Sequence record: NC_020851.1
Strand: one strand, 5' to 3'
Length of the DNA: 64,000 bases
Shown in pieces: positions 38,070 to 48,582 of the stretch (position 1 is its first letter; each line of letters opens with the position of its first letter). The notes below the pieces were generated by a model, which was not told the DNA's origin, searched no databases, and saw only the letters and a list, made by a program, of their open reading frames with translations. The translations under genes and the position numbers were made by a program.

Positions 38070-39493
38070 ACTTTTGCCATAGACTCAAGTGTTGCCTCAT
38101 CAACAGCAGACAATGGAACACTACCTTCAGAATCTTTATTGTAGACTTCATCATGAAGTTCTTCAATAGAAACAAATGTGAGGTTATAAATGTCAGCAAA
38201 TTGCTTAAGATCATCTCCCTTGATCATTTTGCCATACTCATCCATAATCTCAATGATCACCCCAACTTGCTTCATGCCAGCAAGTTTCAAAATTTCCACA
38301 CAACCCTCAGTGTGTCCACGTCTTTCACTCAGAAGTCCTGGACGTGCACGAAGTGGGAACAAGTGACCTGGTTGAGCAAGAGAATCTGGTTTAGAAGAAT
38401 CAGACAGGAAAGTGGAGATAGTTGCTACACGATCATTAACAGACATGCCAGTTGTTGCACCTTCAACAGCATCAATACTGGTGGCAAAGGGAGTTCCAAA
38501 CTCATCACATCCGTTCGAATGCATCATTGGAATACCAAACTGATCCAGTTTTTCCTGTGTGCAGGGAAGGCACATCAAACCACGAGCATGACGCATAGCA
38601 AACAGAAGGTTTTCTGCAGTTGCTTTTTCTGCTGCTAGAACAATATCACCCTCAAACTCACGGTCATAATCATCAACCATGACAATAGGTTTACCATTAC
38701 GAAGATCTTCAACTGCTTGCATTACATTTTGACGTTTAATGTGAAGCATAATATCATTTGGACTACCGAGAGAAACAAACTCATCATCTGCCATATGATA
38801 ATTCATAACTTTTTTGCCTTCAGAAATTAAATAGTTGTAAGTGAGAGATACATACTTTTCCTTAACACAAGACATTTTGCCAGTAGACCATCCAGCGTCC
38901 GTATCATCAGACATTAACTGCTGAGAACTTTCAATAAAATAATTTCCTTCTTTCCAATAGAAAATTCCATTCAGTGCTAGAGGAGAAATTGCAACTTTTT
39001 CGGCAAGACGTGTTGCATATCCATTATCATTGAGTTGAATATGACTGTAAGGACTGTCGGATCCCACTTCAATACCTAAATGATCGTAAGTACTCACAAC
39101 TCCATCAGGATCATTATCTCTAATAAAACTGAGGAACTTATTAGAGTTCCAAGGAGTATACTGATCACAATTGGTGACAACTAGTGGTTCAGAGGTATCA
39201 ATGTTTGCTTTTTGAATTCCCAACAAACAAGTTTCTGCTTGACCAAGTGTTGACTTTCCAATGTCAACGATTTCCAAATTCAGATAGTATTTTTCCTTAA
39301 TACTATTGAGGATATTGATATAGTCTTGTTCTAATCCATTAACAATAACAAAATATTTGCCCGTAAGTTTCAAAGAAGAAAGAGCCCACTCAATCAAAGG
39401 TTTACCTTTGAACTTCACAAATGGTTTGGGATCGATATATCCATTATTTTTAAACCTGGTCCCAAGACCGGCAATTGGAAATAAAATGTTCAT
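38066..39493 (-). CDS. ribB: Fusion of a sugar nucleotidyltransferase and 3,4-dihydroxy-2-butanone-4-phosphate synthase (RibB)
   Basis: N-terminus ILFPIAGLGTRF...PKPF, TLGQAETC, NCDQ, LGSP; C-terminus DDYDREFEGDI, GLMCLP, TTGMSVNDR, PGHLFPL, RRGHTEG, IIEIM. Confidence 0.88.
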   Translation of the reverse strand: MNILFPIAGLGTRFKNNGYIDPKPFVKFKGKPLIEWALSSLKLTGKYFVIVNGLEQDYINILNSIKEKYYLNLEIVDIGKSTLGQAETCLLGIQKANIDTSEPLVVTNCDQYTPWNSNKFLSFIRDNDPDGVVSTYDHLGIEVGSDSPYSHIQLNDNGYATRLAEKVAISPLALNGIFYWKEGNYFIESSQQLMSDDTDAGWSTGKMSCVKEKYVSLTYNYLISEGKKVMNYHMADDEFVSLGSPNDIMLHIKRQNVMQAVEDLRNGKPIVMVDDYDREFEGDIVLAAEKATAENLLFAMRHARGLMCLPCTQEKLDQFGIPMMHSNGCDEFGTPFATSIDAVEGATTGMSVNDRVATISTFLSDSSKPDSLAQPGHLFPLRARPGLLSERRGHTEGCVEILKLAGMKQVGVIIEIMDEYGKMIKGDDLKQFADIYNLTFVSIEELHDEVYNKDSEGSVPLSAVDEATLESMAKV

Positions 39494-39506
39494 GTTGACG
39501 TAGCAA

Positions 39507-40178
39507 TTAAATTTCTGAGGTCGTTTTGTTTCTTAAAAATACCCAACCACCATTTGAGGCAGATGGATTTACACATACCATATTCATCTTTTCACGATAT
39601 TCTCTCAGACTATGAAAAAATAATCTGTGATGGCACAAAGGTATCTTATCACTTTGTAGATAGTTTGTCAAATTGTCATATATTTCACAGATCTTTAAAA
39701 TTTTATCTGCTGAAGCACAGAACCATTTGGCATCTAGATGTGTATTTAACCATTCAATACCTTTGACGTATGAAAAATAAAGTTCATCTTTATCCATTTT
39801 ATACTCTTTTATTGATTCATCACAAATACATCCAGCATCTGTTCTGGTGACAATAACAAAATCATATTCATCATCAAACTTTTTTATAATTTCACCAACT
39901 TTTTTCAATGAGTATATTGGTGAAATTGTTTGAAATACACTTTTTGTTATCTTAGATAAATCTGTCTGTTCCGGTATATCGCAAAAATCTTCCTTTTGTT
40001 TTTCTATAATTACTTCCTTGAAATTAAATTCAGAAAGCAATTCATCTTTATCTAAATCAGGGTCCTCCCAAAAATGAGCATAAAAATCTACATCACATCC
40101 ATCATAAAAATTTTCAAAGTTATCTTTCCATAGATCATAGAATCTAGGATATCCAAAAAAACAAATAGCAATTTTCAT
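39507..40178 (-). CDS. Putative glycosyltransferase-like protein (paralogue 1 of 3)
   Basis: MKIAICFFGYPR...YDFVIVTRTD; same pattern as 40182 and 42010. Confidence 0.6.
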   Translation of the reverse strand: MKIAICFFGYPRFYDLWKDNFENFYDGCDVDFYAHFWEDPDLDKDELLSEFNFKEVIIEKQKEDFCDIPEQTDLSKITKSVFQTISPIYSLKKVGEIIKKFDDEYDFVIVTRTDAGCICDESIKEYKMDKDELYFSYVKGIEWLNTHLDAKWFCASADKILKICEIYDNLTNYLQSDKIPLCHHRLFFHSLREYREKMNMVCVNPSASNGGWVFLRNKTTSEI

Positions 40179-40181
40179 AAT

Positions 40182-40910
40182 TTACCAAGAATGTCTGTCA
40201 GGGTCCATTACAAACCAACCAGATCTATTGGGTTGTTTTGCAATGGGATCTATCCCACCATTAACCGGGATTCTTATTAATCCCATTCTATGTATATGAA
40301 TTCCATTATAGGTTTCTGGGTGAAATGCATTTCCTTCATCAAAATATTGATCAACATAATCAATACAAGATGAATACTTATTCATAGTTTCAGAATTACA
40401 TAGAACAGAAGTATCGGATACACCAAGCTTGTTTACAGATTTAAAATCCCATGCAGTTGGAATTAAAATATTCTCATCAATCTTTGCTCTTTCCAATTCG
40501 GTATCTGTTATTGAGGTGTGCCACAAAGCATCAGCTCTAGCCTTTAAACATAAGTCATAAGTAAAATCATTTTCTTTCTCATACTCCAGTTTCAACTCGT
40601 TCACCTTCTTTAGATTATACATTCCAGACAACCAAGTATGAGGTGTTGTTTCTGGTCTTTTTCTCGCATTAAACTTTTCATCATTTGAATGAACTTCCTT
40701 TCTAACTTCTTCAGTATACTCTCTGAGAATATACTTCTTAGGATTCCAGAGTTCTCTAACTTTCTGATCACAATAATCCATGCCCATTTTATTAGGATGT
40801 CCTGAGAAAAAAATATCAGGAGATAGTTTATCAAGAACTACCTCCTTTAGAGAATCATAATCATTTACAAAACTGTCTAATCTACCAATTATAAGTAAAG
40901 CTATTTTCAT
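40182..40910 (-). CDS. Putative glycosyltransferase-like protein (paralogue 2 of 3)
   Basis: MKIALLIIGRLDSF...YDLCLKARAD...HPET. Confidence 0.6.
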   Translation of the reverse strand: MKIALLIIGRLDSFVNDYDSLKEVVLDKLSPDIFFSGHPNKMGMDYCDQKVRELWNPKKYILREYTEEVRKEVHSNDEKFNARKRPETTPHTWLSGMYNLKKVNELKLEYEKENDFTYDLCLKARADALWHTSITDTELERAKIDENILIPTAWDFKSVNKLGVSDTSVLCNSETMNKYSSCIDYVDQYFDEGNAFHPETYNGIHIHRMGLIRIPVNGGIDPIAKQPNRSGWFVMDPDRHSW

Positions 40911-42009
40911 ACAAATCTTGTTGTTGAATTTATATTTAATATCTGATCCTTTATTTCTTCAGTATATACTCCTGCACGAAGAATTACAGTTGGACTATCT
41001 ATATCTCTCAAAACTTCTGGTGATTGAATTGTCAGATCAGTTCCATATAATCTTTTGCCCTGCTTCTTTGTATCATTATCTAATATGGATACAATTAAAT
41101 TTTCATCTATTCCAAAATTCAGAAGGGTTTGAGAAAACACATGGGCACCAAAAAGGTAAACATTATCTTCTATATCATCAAGTATATTAGATACATCACT
41201 TTTTAATTTGTAAATATAATCTAAAAACAAATCTTTTGAATATTCAAAGTTTACATCAACTTTGCCAATGTCACTAGATTTAACTGCTTTTACAAAAATA
41301 GAATGAGTATCAACTACTTTTTTGTCGATAGAAAATCCTGCTCTTGCTAACACATGTTCCAAAACAAACTCATCAAGATAGTAAGTGTGTTCGAAATTTA
41401 TAGTGTTTGTATATCCCCGTTTCAACCAATGCCTCATATTTGGTATTGAGATAAACTGAACACCATCATCAGTAAGATCCTCAAATATTTTTTTAAGAAA
41501 CTCTATGGGATTGTACGCATGTTCAAAAACATGAGAGTGAATAATACATTTATATTTCTCATCAAAAGATTGTGTTTCATAGAATCCTCTAACATATTTC
41601 AATCTAGAATCAGAGGATTCCTGATGTGATGGTTCAATGATTTCATAACTGAACTGAGAATCTAGAGTAGAAAAGTTTTTCCACAAACTTCCAGATGCTC
41701 CACCTATTTCAAGATACCGATCAATGTTATCAGAGTTTTCGATAATAAAATCAAAAAATCTTTTGTGATGTTGTTTCCATATCTTTCCAACACTTCCAGG
41801 AGTATGAGAATTTTCATACAGGATATTAGGATCAATTAAAGTCTTCAGTTGAACTAATCCATTCTCAGAAACACCCCAATCTTGATCAAAAAAGATATCG
41901 TCTTCTACAGGTGTATCAACGCATCCCATAAAGACAGGAAACTTCTCTAAGGTGTATAATTTTTTACGGATGTTTTATTATCTAAAATACAATTGTTTCT
42001 TTCAGTCAT
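40907..42009 (-). CDS. SAM-dependent sugar (C-)methyltransferase-like protein, frameshifted near the N-terminus
   Basis: LEIGGASG, HSHVFEH, SIPN, FEHTYY, FGAH...ILDND..KQGKRLYGT. Coupled ATG at 42009 joins LYTLEKFPVFMGC only if the A6 at 41960-41965 is read as A7. Confidence 0.75.
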
Positions 42010-42801
42010 TTATGAATACCAGTTTTTAAAAAATTCGTAATCACTATAGTTTTCAAGTCTAAAACAGTCTCCAAGAACTCTATGAAAACTTTGAATCCTA
42101 ATTTGATTCTCAATGCATTGTGCGTACATCATTCTACATGCATCATATTTACCATAATTAATATAATGATTTGTTTCTGCTAGTTTGCCATAATCTTCCC
42201 AACAATTACAGAGAATATCCATTGTTTTGGAATTTCCCAACAAGAACATAGAGTAAATTCTATTGGGAGAATATGTTTTTCCAGTGTTAATATGATAACA
42301 CACATTCTCCAGATCATCAAAATATTCTTCAATATCAGTATGTAAATGTAAAAAGTCAGGACGACTTCTTATTACAGCATCATATGTAAATAAATTATCA
42401 CTTTCATATTTTCTCTTCATCTGAGCAGCAAGATGCATTGTATAGAATTCTGGACTACTGCTTGCCACCAAACCATACTCTTTATTATTATACCATCTAT
42501 GCAATAAAGATTTTATTTCATCGGAGCAAAGATTATCAAGATACTCATCATAATCTGATATCACATAGTCCTTTACATTTACAAACTTTTCAATATCACT
42601 AGTGGTTATAACATCATCAACGTCATCTTTGTATAATTCAGGATTCTGAGATCTAACACTCCACATAGAAACACCACGATTTTTCCATGTAGATATGAAG
42701 ACATCACAGTTAAATTTTTCACTCAATCTATTAGTGTTCTCTAGAACCTTTGGATGATCAAAGGTCCTCATTTGTCCACAAAGTAGTAGTGCTGTTCTCA
42801 T
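42010..42801 (-). CDS. Putative glycosyltransferase-like protein (paralogue 3 of 3)
   Basis: MRTALLLCGQMRTF...YDAVIRSRPD. Confidence 0.6.
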   Translation of the reverse strand: MRTALLLCGQMRTFDHPKVLENTNRLSEKFNCDVFISTWKNRGVSMWSVRSQNPELYKDDVDDVITTSDIEKFVNVKDYVISDYDEYLDNLCSDEIKSLLHRWYNNKEYGLVASSSPEFYTMHLAAQMKRKYESDNLFTYDAVIRSRPDFLHLHTDIEEYFDDLENVCYHINTGKTYSPNRIYSMFLLGNSKTMDILCNCWEDYGKLAETNHYINYGKYDACRMMYAQCIENQIRIQSFHRVLGDCFRLENYSDYEFFKNWYS

Positions 42802-42809
42802 TTTAGATT

Positions 42810-43537
42810 TTAAAATTTGTTTCTAGTAGCCCATATTGGATAATCTTTTCCTGCAATAGTCCAGGCAGGTGCCCAATATGTTTCGTCAGGAATACAATAG
42901 AATTTATACTTCTTACTCATGAGGGAAAAAACTGATTGATCGTGCCTATGATCTTTAAACTCTTTATGGTTCTGTTCTTGTGATGGAGCATCATTAATGT
43001 AAAAATGATCATTTTCTATAGAGATATTTTTTATCTCTTGAATGATATTTCTATTCTCTTGAGTATTCTTAAGAATGAATGTAGTTGCACATCTCTGTCC
43101 AGTGTTCAAGTGATCAAGGGTTTCTGGAAATATTTTTTATATGTATCCATCTTAGTATATGATCTTTCCAAATGTCCAAGATCAAAACACAATGAACCAT
43201 ACTCTGATGTCAGGTTACAATATTCTTTAAATCTTTTAACTCCATCATTATTAAAAGTGCATCCAATATCAGCATAACATATCAAATCATCATCCGGGAC
43301 TAACTCCATAATTTTAGAAATTAAAAAAGACTTCCACATCCAATGCCCATAACCTTTGGTTGATGATAAAAATTTTTCATAAGGAGTTATTTCAGGACAA
43401 AAATCAAATATATTATTTTCCGAAAATAAATTTATAGTAGAAAACTGACCAAAATTATTAGCACCTTGTAAAACTCTCTGATGTGCTCTATGAAAAATAT
43501 TAAATGGTGCACCAAAAGAAACTAAATGAATATTCAT
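42810..43537 (-). CDS. Putative glycosyltransferase-like protein split by a frameshift
   Basis: YGHWMWK...YADIGC in the upstream frame joins KIFPETLDHLNTGQ...HRHDQSVFS if the A6 at 43133-43138 is A7. Confidence 0.7.
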
Positions 43538-44390
43538 GATAAAGATTTAAACAAAAAGTCTTTGATATTATCCAAAGATACTTTCTCAGTAAAAATTGGT
43601 TCTTTTGCCATTTTATTATACAAATTATCTGATTGATCCAATTCAATAATTTTTTGAATTAATTCTTCATCAGACATATCAACTGCATTAATAAAGCAAT
43701 CTGGATTAAAATCTTCACCTATACTTTTATCTCCATAATAAATTGGAATATTTCCTGCAACTTTTCCGTGGAGTAACTTCTCCGTGTGATATCCAGGAGT
43801 TACAGAGTTCTCATAACACAATGAAAACTTATAATTAGAAATCAAATCTAACTTATATTTTTCACCGTCTGGCAAATAGTAATTAGGATTTGCTTTCCCA
43901 AAAACATCTATCTGTTTGTAGTTAGAACATATATTTTGAATTGCATTAATTCTAGATTCAATTTGTTTACCATAAACTATGGAACAAAATTTATCTTTCT
44001 TCTTTTGTGTAAATTCATTATCATTGTATAGATATGATTCTGGAATCAACCAATCAGGATTATCATAACTATTAACTTCAAACCAATCAATGTAAAGATA
44101 CCACAAAGGAAGTCTAAAATTTTTACCTTCATGCTCATCAACATCAAAAGTTAAAGAGTAATCACACCTCTTGAAATTGGGTCTTACATTTTCACCCGTA
44201 AAAAATATTTTTTACAATCTTTGTATCGACCACTCTCATTCCCAAATAAACTGAAGAACATTACATCAGCATCTTCAGGTTCTACAACCTCAACATCCTC
44301 AAACAAATCACGAATGATGTGAATAAAGAAATTGTTATTTGGATCAAATGCTTTTGGATATTGCCAGAAGTCAGAGAATGTTATTTTCAT
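43534..44390 (-). CDS. Alpha-1,3/4-fucosyltransferase (GT10-like) split by a frameshift
   Basis: Adding one A at 44208-44213 gives KKIFFTGENVRPNF...DYSLTFD...RLPLW, continuous with KFCS...YKFSLCYENSVTPGYHTEKL. Confidence 0.82.
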
Positions 44391-45076
44391 GATTGAATAA
44401 AAGATTTATCTAAATTTAAGTGAGATGCTTGTTGTAGTGATGGTTCAGTCCAACCAACTTTTAAATTTTCTTTAATAATAATTTCATTTAATTTGAAATC
44501 TATTGGCCAGTTTATTGGATAAAGATTCTGTATTATCTTCTTAGCAGCATCCAGAGAAAACATCATTGCATGAGTACATCTTGTCAATTGATTTTCTCCA
44601 TAATGAACAAGTCTATTCTCTTTAATATAAGGAGATGTAAAACCAAAACAACTACCCAACATTACACAATCTAATTTTGGATTATAATTATCAAACTCTT
44701 CATAACAGACATTTAAATATTCTTCAAAGTTATCCGGAAGCATAATATCATCTTCCAAAATAACTATTGTTTCATATTCATTTTCAATCTGTTTTTCAAA
44801 ACAATATTGATGTTTCAAATATAATGAAAGTTCTGGAATAGAAACTCTTTTACCAGCATTCTCATACAATGTATACTGATTCTGCTGAACACCAGGAACA
44901 TTAGGATTAATGAATAAGTCTTTCGTTCCTATTACTTCATCATAACTTTCAACAATTTCTTCTGGAGAGAAATTTTCAACCCATTCCACTTCAATATTTT
45001 TAGATAAAAAGAAATTAATTAGATATTCCTTTCTATGTGTCAGTGGTGAATGATGACAAACAAAAATTTTATTCAT
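44387..45076 (-). CDS. GT25-like glycosyltransferase
   Basis: SLYLKH, IVILEDD, RCTHAMMFS...PID. Confidence 0.75.
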   Translation of the reverse strand: MNKIFVCHHSPLTHRKEYLINFFLSKNIEVEWVENFSPEEIVESYDEVIGTKDLFINPNVPGVQQNQYTLYENAGKRVSIPELSLYLKHQYCFEKQIENEYETIVILEDDIMLPDNFEEYLNVCYEEFDNYNPKLDCVMLGSCFGFTSPYIKENRLVHYGENQLTRCTHAMMFSLDAAKKIIQNLYPINWPIDFKLNEIIIKENLKVGWTEPSLQQASHLNLDKSFIQS

Positions 45077-45930
45077 TACACTCTTTTAATAATATTCTCA
45101 AATACACCTTGAAGTGAAAAGTAATCTTGATAGAGTTCCTTACCTTTCTTTAACATCTCATTGTATGTATCGTCAGAAATACTCTTTAAAATATCATATG
45201 CATTTCCGATATTATCATCATCAATTATAACACAGAACTCTTCCCAATCCAATTCGTCAGACCAAGGAAGTGCATGGTCATCAGAAATATAAACAGGAAC
45301 AGTATTCAATTGGAAGGATTCATAGAGTCTGAAACTTGTCGTTCCATATCCCCTGGGACATAGAGAGAACTTAGAAGCAGACATAACATCAAGGAAGTTA
45401 TTCAGTTTTTCTTCTCCAACATTGATATCCCAGTTTCCTGCTTTGACGAGACAATCATCCTTTCCACGGAATGCTTTCATCATATCAGTTCTCACCCAAT
45501 AAGTATTGGATCCAATAAAAGAAGCAAAGTATTTTTGTTCTTGTTTAGGAGTTTCCGGAATAGAAGAACATACCAATGGAATGGGAATTACATTTCCTTT
45601 TTTACGATTACCTCCTGCACAAAAGATCATTGTATCTTCAGGAAAATCTTCAAATGGACCATCATCTTGTTGACAAATAGTAAAGTAAGATCCATCTGAA
45701 CTTAGTGTATCATACATAAGGTTTTGCAGATCAGGATATGGTTGTCCTGCCCAAATCTTATTACAAAAAATATTTGACCAGAAGATATCAATATATTCTC
45801 TTTCTGGTTTATCTTCTAATTGTTGATAATGACTATAAAAATATTCTTCTAGATATTCTCCTTGATGATAGGGAGGATATGTTGGTGTAAGAGACTTTGG
45901 TCTTAGATAATCTTCCTTCAAATAAACCAC
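45076..45930 (-). CDS. Exostosin (GT47)-like glycosyltransferase
   Basis: SKFSLCPRGYGTTSFRLYESFQLNTVPVYISD...LPW. Confidence 0.8.
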   Translation of the reverse strand: MVYLKEDYLRPKSLTPTYPPYHQGEYLEEYFYSHYQQLEDKPEREYIDIFWSNIFCNKIWAGQPYPDLQNLMYDTLSSDGSYFTICQQDDGPFEDFPEDTMIFCAGGNRKKGNVIPIPLVCSSIPETPKQEQKYFASFIGSNTYWVRTDMMKAFRGKDDCLVKAGNWDINVGEEKLNNFLDVMSASKFSLCPRGYGTTSFRLYESFQLNTVPVYISDDHALPWSDELDWEEFCVIIDDDNIGNAYDILKSISDDTYNEMLKKGKELYQDYFSLQGVFENIIKRV

Positions 45931-46589
45931 AGTCCTTCCTCCTTAAACTTATTGATTTTGGTTTCTACACCAACCATCCAATTATTATGAACGATCATAG
46001 CGTTTTCTTTTTTACCTTGTTGATAATACACATTACCATTAGGAAATAAATCCTCAGATAGTAATGCTATATTATCATTATATTTTGTAAGTGCAATACG
46101 ATTCATGATTAGTTGATCATCATCAGAATCATCCACACCACATTCTTCTACTAACTGACGACATTCGAGTGTCTCATTAAATACCATAAAGCCAGTGCAG
46201 ATTGTAGACCCAGGAGCATCAGTTTGAAATAGTACTTCTTCATGACCAGTCAGAATCTCAACAGGATTTTCTTTGAATACAATATCAGTATCAACCCACA
46301 TCAGATTAGGATATTCTTTGTGAACCTGATTAATGATCTTCCACTTGTGACGAACCACATTTCTAAATCCACTATTACTATCAAAAGTCCAATCCTGATA
46401 TTCTTTTAAGTTACTATCCATATAAAGAAAAGCACCTTTATAACCGTCAAGAATAAAAGACTTATAAACGTCTTCATCCATACATGCAATAATAAAGTCA
46501 TCCATATCAATGCCCACTTTTTCAGCAGACCTTAACATATTCAGACAAATATCATGACATCCAGAATTTAAGAATGTAAGAAATTTCAT
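45918..46589 (-). CDS. Nucleotide-diphospho-sugar transferase (GT77-like)
   Basis: LMWVDTDIVF, ICTGFM, DDQLIMN, FPNG, VHNNW...K. Confidence 0.75.
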   Translation of the reverse strand: MKFLTFLNSGCHDICLNMLRSAEKVGIDMDDFIIACMDEDVYKSFILDGYKGAFLYMDSNLKEYQDWTFDSNSGFRNVVRHKWKIINQVHKEYPNLMWVDTDIVFKENPVEILTGHEEVLFQTDAPGSTICTGFMVFNETLECRQLVEECGVDDSDDDQLIMNRIALTKYNDNIALLSEDLFPNGNVYYQQGKKENAMIVHNNWMVGVETKINKFKEEGLWFI

Positions 46590-47536
46590 CGATCTTTATA
46601 CCATTCGTAAGTTGATTTAATACCCTCTTTCAAATCAATCTTTGGTTCCCATCCAAGAGATTTAATTTTAGTTACGCCCAAAAGTTTTCTTGGTGTTCCA
46701 TTTGGTTTAGAAGTGTCCCATGTTGTTTCACCAGGATATCCCACAATACCAGAAATCATATTTGAAAGTTCTTTGATTGTAATGTCTTCACCGGTTCCCA
46801 CATTGATAATATCAGGATCATTATAATCCCTCATACAAGTATAACATGCTTCAGCAAGATCATCAACATGAAGAAATTCTCTCCTTGCCGAACCGTCACC
46901 CCATAGTTCTACATCTGGCCACCAAGGACCTCCCATATCAACACTATAACCATCAGTTGTAGCATGATGATATTTTGCAATCATCGCGGGAAGAACATGC
47001 GAACTTTCTAGGTCAAAATTATCATTTGGACCATATAGGTTTGTAGGCATCAAAGAGATAGCATTAAATCCATACTGCTGATGGTATGCCTGACACATCT
47101 TGATACCAGCAATCTTTGCAATAGCATAAGAATCATTACTAGGTTCAAGAGGACCACTCATTAGATATTCTTCCCTAATAGGTTGTTCACATAATTTTGG
47201 ATAAATGCAGGAAGAACCAAGAAATAAAAGTTTCTTAACACCAAACTTACGTGCAGAATGAATGATGTTTGATTGAATCATCAAATTATCATAGATGAAG
47301 TGTCCGGGATAATCCTTATTAGCACCAATACCACCCACCTTTGCAGCAGCAAGATAAACGTACTCAGGTTCATTGATTTGAAAAAACCTTTCAACATCTT
47401 CCTGACGACGTAAATCCCAATGAGAAGATGGTGATGAAAGAATATTAGTGTATCCTTTCCAATGAAGCATACGGACAATTGCTGATCCTACAAGTCCAGT
47501 ATTACCAGCAACATAAATTCGACTCTGACTATTCAT
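46586..47536 (-). CDS. fcl: GDP-L-fucose synthase
   Basis: [56 protein letters not shown]; start at MNSQSRIY. Confidence 0.95.
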   Translation of the reverse strand: MNSQSRIYVAGNTGLVGSAIVRMLHWKGYTNILSSPSSHWDLRRQEDVERFFQINEPEYVYLAAAKVGGIGANKDYPGHFIYDNLMIQSNIIHSARKFGVKKLLFLGSSCIYPKLCEQPIREEYLMSGPLEPSNDSYAIAKIAGIKMCQAYHQQYGFNAISLMPTNLYGPNDNFDLESSHVLPAMIAKYHHATTDGYSVDMGGPWWPDVELWGDGSARREFLHVDDLAEACYTCMRDYNDPDIINVGTGEDITIKELSNMISGIVGYPGETTWDTSKPNGTPRKLLGVTKIKSLGWEPKIDLKEGIKSTYEWYKDR

Positions 47537-48524
47537 GGATACACATGTCCTCAACCAATTGTTTAAAAGAAGTTTTAGGTTCCCAACCCAATTTTTTCTT
47601 TGCCTTAGAGGCATCACCTAATAAGGTCTCTACTTCAGCAGGACGGAAATATTTAGAGTCAATTCTGATAACCGTTTTACCATCAGAATCAATACCAACT
47701 TCATCAAGACCAGAACCTTCCCATCTAATATTCATATCAAAATAAGGTGCAGATTCCTCAACAAACTGACGGACAGAATATTGATTTCCTGTGGCAATAA
47801 CAAAATCATCAGGTTCTTCTTGTTGAAGCATTAACCACATAGCCTCGACATAATCTCTGGCATGTCCCCAGTCACGAAGTGCATCAAGATTTCCTAGATA
47901 TAAACAGTCTTGCTTACCTTCAGAGATTGCTTTTAATGCTCTTGTAATCTTACGAGTTACAAAAGTTTCACCACGTCTTGGAGATTCATGATTAAAAAGA
48001 ATACCACTACAGGCATACATTCCGTATGATTCACGATAGTTCTTTACTATCCAGTACCCATAGAGTTTTGCAACACCATAAGGAGAACGTGGATAGAAAG
48101 GTGTGGTCTCTGTCTGTGGAGTCTCTTGCACCTTACCATAAAGTTCACTGGTGGATGCTTGATAGATACGAACCCTATCTTCCATCTCAAGCAAACGGAC
48201 TGCCTCAAGCACTCTCAGGGTGCCTATGGCATCTGTCTGACCAGTATACTCGGGCATCTCAAACGAAACCTTTACATGACTCTGTGCCCCAAGATTATAA
48301 ATCTCATCTGGTTGAACCTGCTGAATAACCCTCACTAAATTTGTAGAGTCTGTTAAGTCTCCATAATGCAATTTTAATTGATCATAAATGTGATCAATTC
48401 TATGTGTATTAATTAAAGAAGCCCGACGGACAATACCATGAACCTCATACCCCTTTTCAAGAAGAAGTTCTGCTAAGTATGAACCATCTTGTCCTGTAAT
48501 ACCAGTGATTAAAGCAACTTTCAT
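47529..48524 (-). CDS. gmd: GDP-mannose 4,6-dehydratase
   Basis: [59 protein letters not shown]. Confidence 0.97.
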   Translation of the reverse strand: MKVALITGITGQDGSYLAELLLEKGYEVHGIVRRASLINTHRIDHIYDQLKLHYGDLTDSTNLVRVIQQVQPDEIYNLGAQSHVKVSFEMPEYTGQTDAIGTLRVLEAVRLLEMEDRVRIYQASTSELYGKVQETPQTETTPFYPRSPYGVAKLYGYWIVKNYRESYGMYACSGILFNHESPRRGETFVTRKITRALKAISEGKQDCLYLGNLDALRDWGHARDYVEAMWLMLQQEEPDDFVIATGNQYSVRQFVEESAPYFDMNIRWEGSGLDEVGIDSDGKTVIRIDSKYFRPAEVETLLGDASKAKKKLGWEPKTSFKQLVEDMCIHE

Positions 48525-48553
48525 AAACTATAATATCGTAATTACATTATACC

Positions 48554-48579
48554 AAAAAGGAGAGTTTATGCAACTCTCC
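48554..48579 (-). terminator. Intrinsic terminator between the wcaG-like RNA and gmd
   Basis: ggagagtt-gcata-aactctcc followed by T5. Confidence 0.8.
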
Positions 48580-48582
48580 TCA

